A stretch of DNA of 10,659 nucleotides, from assembly GCA_043804895.1 (NCBI GenBank), contig JAZDIN010000059.1, forward strand, positions 1 through 10,659, given 5' to 3'. Below the pieces are notes generated by a model. That model worked only from the letters and a program-made list of their open reading frames with translations, had not been told where the DNA came from and did not search any database. Shown piece by piece: positions 7,332-10,659 of the stretch. Each line of letters begins with the position of its first letter. The stretch's first letter is position 1. A program made the position numbers and the translations under genes. The DNA comes from Candidatus Altiarchaeota archaeon. Lineage in GTDB: Archaea; Altiarchaeota; Altiarchaeia; IMC4; SCGC-AAA252-I15.

Positions 7332-7684
7332 AACTCAGGATACTCAACACCAGGGAGAAGAAGAAACTCGCAGACGAACTCAACCTAGAGTACGGCCTCA
7401 ACAAAGACACATTCAACAGCCTCGAACTCCTACAGGACGGGGGCGACTTCTGGTTGACTACAAGACAATGCCTTCAACAGAACCTAACCGGCCTGAACGT
7501 GGACTCACTAGGTCTGCAGATTATCCGCAACGGGAGGCCGACGATACACGGGGTCGAACTCCTCTTCAGAAACGCGAACATGACCGAGCTCACAGAAGAG
7601 GAGGCTCACCAATTCACCCACAACAAAGCCTCAGGCAAAGTGGGCGTCCTATCATACCGAGGACATCCACTTGGCCTCCGTTAA
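7328..7684 (+). CDS. Small NOL1/NOP2/fmu-associated protein (COG3270-like, resembling the RsmF C-terminal/PUA-like region)
   Basis: ATG 7328 overlaps the methyltransferase TGA. 118 aa: MKLRILNTREKKKL..EYG, LNVDSLGL, RPTIHGVELL, ELTEEEA, GVLSYRGHPLG. Assigned by recalled pattern and synteny. Confidence 0.7.
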   Translation: MKLRILNTREKKKLADELNLEYGLNKDTFNSLELLQDGGDFWLTTRQCLQQNLTGLNVDSLGLQIIRNGRPTIHGVELLFRNANMTELTEEEAHQFTHNKASGKVGVLSYRGHPLGLR

Positions 7685-7710
7685 TTACTCTAAGCTGCGT
7701 ATCCTATACT

Positions 7711-8514
7711 ATGCACAAGCAGCCTGAGAGCCAAGACGAGGTAGGCGTGTGGATCTCAAAACTATCAGACCAGCAACTAGTAAGGGAATACTTGAAAAGG
7801 AAGGTGGAGCTGGTTAATGCTGCCCTGGTGAAGAGCGACAAGATACGCTCCTACCACGGCCGAGAGCTCACACGGCAGGAAGATTTTGGGGTAACTCAAG
7901 AGTATGTGAATCTACGGGATGAAGCAGTAAAAGAGCCTGTATGCTCCACACTACACAAGGCCATCCGCGACCGGGAATTAGCGCAGCTTCTAATATCTGA
8001 TGGACCAATCCAGGTTATAAAAGAGCATAATCTAACACGAGACGATTTGGCCTTCCACATCGTAGCTGGGAGCACACCACCGTCGGAATTGATTGTCGCA
8101 GCGAGCATGGGAAGTCAGGAGGACCTAAGTTCTTTCACTGACGAACAACTGATGAGGAGATATCTTATGTTGAAGACGGAGCTTGTTGGGAACGCATTGA
8201 CTGGAAGCGAAATACTCCGCAGTTTTAAAGGGAAGGTGTTGACTGAAGAAGACGATAAAATAATCCTCGATGAATATGGCAGAATCAGAGATGAGACATT
8301 GCAACAAAACCCCCTCGCCGAAATCTACAAGTCCCTCAAGGGGAGAAAAGCCCTCGGACTTTTAAATTCTGTCTCAATCAAAATGGTGAATGAACTTAGC
8401 CTAAAAGATGATGACATCAGCTTCTACACGACCGTTGGAGGCACCCCCTTGGCCGACATAATTGTCGCCTCAAGCCTGAAGCCTAAGCCAGAACCAATGG
8501 AATTCAAAAGATAA
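7711..8514 (+). CDS. Hypothetical protein built from two tandem ~120-aa homologous domains
   Basis: Start placed at ATG 7711 (TTAATTA 7681-7687 at leaderless spacing; avoids overlap with the upstream gene). 267 aa; residues 15-133 align with 139-256. Confidence 0.8.
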   Translation: MHKQPESQDEVGVWISKLSDQQLVREYLKRKVELVNAALVKSDKIRSYHGRELTRQEDFGVTQEYVNLRDEAVKEPVCSTLHKAIRDRELAQLLISDGPIQVIKEHNLTRDDLAFHIVAGSTPPSELIVAASMGSQEDLSSFTDEQLMRRYLMLKTELVGNALTGSEILRSFKGKVLTEEDDKIILDEYGRIRDETLQQNPLAEIYKSLKGRKALGLLNSVSIKMVNELSLKDDDISFYTTVGGTPLADIIVASSLKPKPEPMEFKR

Positions 8515-8526
8515 CCGCCCTTACAC

Positions 8527-9516
8527 TCACTGCCTGAATATGAACTCCGCTATCAGCGTTGTGATGTAAATCATCACCAGAAGTAGGCCTCCCCTCCTTC
8601 CGATATGGCCTCTGAGCATGGCAAAAAGGAGTATGAACGTTATCAGAAGGAGGGCTGGGGCAGTAACCCAGGCGGTTACGTCGTCAATGTATACTGGGCT
8701 TAGGATTGCTATAATCCCCAACGTTATCAGGAGGGTGAAGATGTTAGACCCTATTGTCTCAGAGATGACGAGTTCCTCAACACCCTTCCTAGCAGCCCCT
8801 AATGATGCGGCCAGCGTCGGTATGCTCGGACCCAAAGCGCCCAGAGTTACTCCAATTAACAATTCAGGCAGGCTGAGGGATTCTGCTGCGTTCAAGAGCA
8901 CCCTGAGGAACACCTCAGAGCCGACGAGCAGGAAGACAGCACCCAAGAAGAAATATTTAAACCCTAAATGGTGCGATGGATGAGCCGTGTAGTCGCCGTA
9001 CATCTGCAGGGTCTCGGTCATCCTCTCAGCCTTAATCTTCTTCTCATTGGTTGTCAGATTCCTCTCCTGCTCGTAGACGTTAATTACGTACGGTATGAAA
9101 AGGAGGAGTAAGACGACGCCATCGGACTTGCTCAGATACCTGTCCCCTAAGGCAAGGGCCACAACGACAATGGACACCACAGTCATGAATATCATGTCCC
9201 TGGTGACCATAATCCTGGGGATTCTCATCGGGCGGATGAGTGCAGAAATCCCGACAATCAGCCCGATATTCACTATCACCGACCCTATGCTAGCCCCAAA
9301 GCCGAATGCTGCGTGGCCTTTCGCTATCGACGAGACCGCTATGACGAGCTCCGGGAGGCTGAGGAGGAAGGATATCACAATCAAGCCCACGGCCAGCTTG
9401 CTTGTCCCGAGGCGGTGTGCGACATGCACTGAAGAGTCTGTAATCCAGTCCGAGCCTACCATTATCAAATATATCGAGAACAGAAAAAGGACCAGGTTTA
9501 TAAGTAACAACAACAT
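8527..9516 (-). CDS. CaCA-superfamily (YrbG/NCX_Mj-like) cation exchanger with atypical alpha-repeats
   Basis: 329 aa; two hydrophobic halves joined by a hydrophilic loop. Alpha-1 LLSLPE...IGSVIVNIGL; alpha-2 GPSIPT...ETIGSNIFTL. Confidence 0.92.
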   Translation of the reverse strand: MLLLLINLVLFLFSIYLIMVGSDWITDSSVHVAHRLGTSKLAVGLIVISFLLSLPELVIAVSSIAKGHAAFGFGASIGSVIVNIGLIVGISALIRPMRIPRIMVTRDMIFMTVVSIVVVALALGDRYLSKSDGVVLLLLFIPYVINVYEQERNLTTNEKKIKAERMTETLQMYGDYTAHPSHHLGFKYFFLGAVFLLVGSEVFLRVLLNAAESLSLPELLIGVTLGALGPSIPTLAASLGAARKGVEELVISETIGSNIFTLLITLGIIAILSPVYIDDVTAWVTAPALLLITFILLFAMLRGHIGRRGGLLLVMIYITTLIAEFIFRQ

Positions 9517-9567
9517 GACAAAGATTTTTACCCTGCAACATATAAATGCTGTTTCCCACTGAGTAAC
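9517..9567. promoter_or_regulatory. 51-bp divergent promoter with a central TATA element (CATATAAA, from 9539)
   Basis: TATAAA on + and TTTATA on - (9541-9546) are centred about 24-28 nt from both divergent ATGs (9568 and 9516). Confidence 0.55.
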
Positions 9568-9915
9568 ATGCGCATAATGTTGGCGTTGTTCTCAATCCTG
9601 CTACTCCTCATGGTCTCAGCCTGCTTTAAGAAGAGCAGCGTCTTCGACGTGGACTGTAACACGCTGTTTGAGAGGCAGGCAAGGAGCATCTGCATATATA
9701 ACCAGACTATCGCACTTCGGAATCCCACCTACTGTAAGGACATACCTGACCTGGACCTGAGGGCTGCATGCATAGACGAGATATCGGTCATGCTGAAAGG
9801 AGACTACTACTGTGCGAACCACCAGAAGTTATCTCTCAAAGAGGCGTGCGAGCGTAAGGTCGGCGAAGTGGTAAGGTTGGAAAAGCTGAAGAAAGGCTCG
9901 ACACAGGCTACTTAG
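9568..9915 (+). CDS. Putative lipoprotein with three 26-aa Cys-pair repeats
   Basis: Signal peptide MRIMLALFSILLLLMVSA-C (lipobox-like Cys19); Cys at 30/42, 56/68 and 82/94. Confidence 0.8.
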   Translation: MRIMLALFSILLLLMVSACFKKSSVFDVDCNTLFERQARSICIYNQTIALRNPTYCKDIPDLDLRAACIDEISVMLKGDYYCANHQKLSLKEACERKVGEVVRLEKLKKGSTQAT

Positions 9916-9947
9916 CCGCATTTTAATGCGAAGAACCATTCACTAAC

Positions 9948-10190
9948 ATGGCTGAAACAGAAAAACCTAAGGAAGACGCGAAGGCGGCGGAGACGAAGGG
10001 ACCGGAGACTGTCCAGAAGGGCGCGGACAAACCAAAGTCGAATTTTGCGAAGGCCGTGCCGATGCTCATCGCAGTCATCGCAGTCCTTGCCCTAGCCTAC
10101 CTTGCGTTGGTCTTTCTGATGGGCTCCGACTTCAACTTGGACACGCTACTTACAGGCAGTAAATCAACGTCGCTGCCGCGCCTCCCGTAA
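9948..10190 (+). CDS. Small single-pass membrane protein
   Basis: 80 aa; charged N-terminus followed by AVPMLIAVIAVLALAYLALVFLM; TTTTAAT 9921-9927 at leaderless spacing. Confidence 0.75.
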   Translation: MAETEKPKEDAKAAETKGPETVQKGADKPKSNFAKAVPMLIAVIAVLALAYLALVFLMGSDFNLDTLLTGSKSTSLPRLP

Positions 10191-10211
10191 TATTCGCAAC
10201 AAAGACAGCGG

Positions 10212-10659
10212 CTAGAGTCTGCCAGCGAGAAGATACTTTAGGAAATCCTCTCTGCCTCTTCTTACGAACGCACTCCTATTCCACAGACTAACCTTCCGGG
10301 AATACTCCTCAGCCTCCCCCCTCCTTAGCAACCCAAGGCTGCGGAGGTCCTCACGTGGCCTGCTAGTCCTGCGACACAGCTTCCTCCCCCTAACCCCCCC
10401 ATTTTTCTCATCATACGGGTATAGGCGGCATACTATGGGGTGGCTGCCATGGACGCTACATCTCAGGTTACCCTCCTCCTCCCGCGCTAAAACGCATGTG
10501 CCGTCGTCAAGTCGCCTTAAAGTCATATACTGGTATCCGTCGTTAAGGCGGACGTCAGGGTAGCTGCTCTCAAAGGATTCGACAGAAACCCAGCCAACAC
10601 AGTCAGAAACATCACAGCCTGCGGAAGAAAGCCTCCTCAAATCAGAATCAGTCACAGGC
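10212..10659 (-). CDS. YkgJ-family (CxxCxxCC zinc/iron-chelating) cysteine-cluster protein, 5' end off the window
   Basis: PVTDSDLRRL..., GTCVL, RCSVHGSHPIVCRLYPY (C-x6-P-x2-CRxYP pattern). The frame is open to the right edge, so the N-terminal CxxCxxCC is expected upstream. Confidence 0.82.
   Translation of the reverse strand, partial: PVTDSDLRRLSSAGCDVSDCVGWVSVESFESSYPDVRLNDGYQYMTLRRLDDGTCVLAREEEGNLRCSVHGSHPIVCRLYPYDEKNGGVRGRKLCRRTSRPREDLRSLGLLRRGEAEEYSRKVSLWNRSAFVRRGREDFLKYLLAGRL

Noticed and set aside
7318..7334. Programmed -1 frameshift fusing the methyltransferase to its partner
   Set aside because: No canonical X XXY YYZ slippery heptamer or obvious downstream structure; ATGA coupling explains the junction.
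7468..7710. 81-aa N-terminal extension of the 348-aa ORF
   Set aside because: It overlaps the 7328-7684 gene in another frame, has shadow-like R/P composition, and a TATA-like box supports ATG 7711.
9966..9983. PKEDAK shared between the small membrane protein and the eS24 tail
   Set aside because: Low-complexity match with different codons; most likely coincidence.

Overview
Archaeal genomic window; gene content and protein style suggest a DPANN/Altiarchaeota-like lineage (inference only). The core is the conserved minus-strand cluster rps6e - aIF2 gamma - PIN protein - rpoE' (Rpo7) - spt4 (rpoE'') - DUF359 dephospho-CoA kinase - rps24e - rps27ae. Divergent from it are an RsmB/NOP2-family RNA m5C methyltransferase and a small coupled partner gene. 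Left flank: an edge-truncated FAD-dependent oxidoreductase (missing from the ORF track), a highly structured ~170-nt intergenic element, a DUF429-like gene and an orphan HEAT-like gene. Right flank: an orphan protein made of two tandem ~120-aa copies, a CaCA-family exchanger with a rewired ion-binding site, a Cys-repeat lipoprotein, a small membrane protein and an edge-truncated YkgJ-type protein. No tRNA, rRNA, CRISPR array, transposase or integrase was recognised. The most interesting signals are the 894-1060 multi-hairpin element with mutually exclusive pairings, the non-canonical exchanger, the duplicated-domain orphan and a structured leader before rpoE'.
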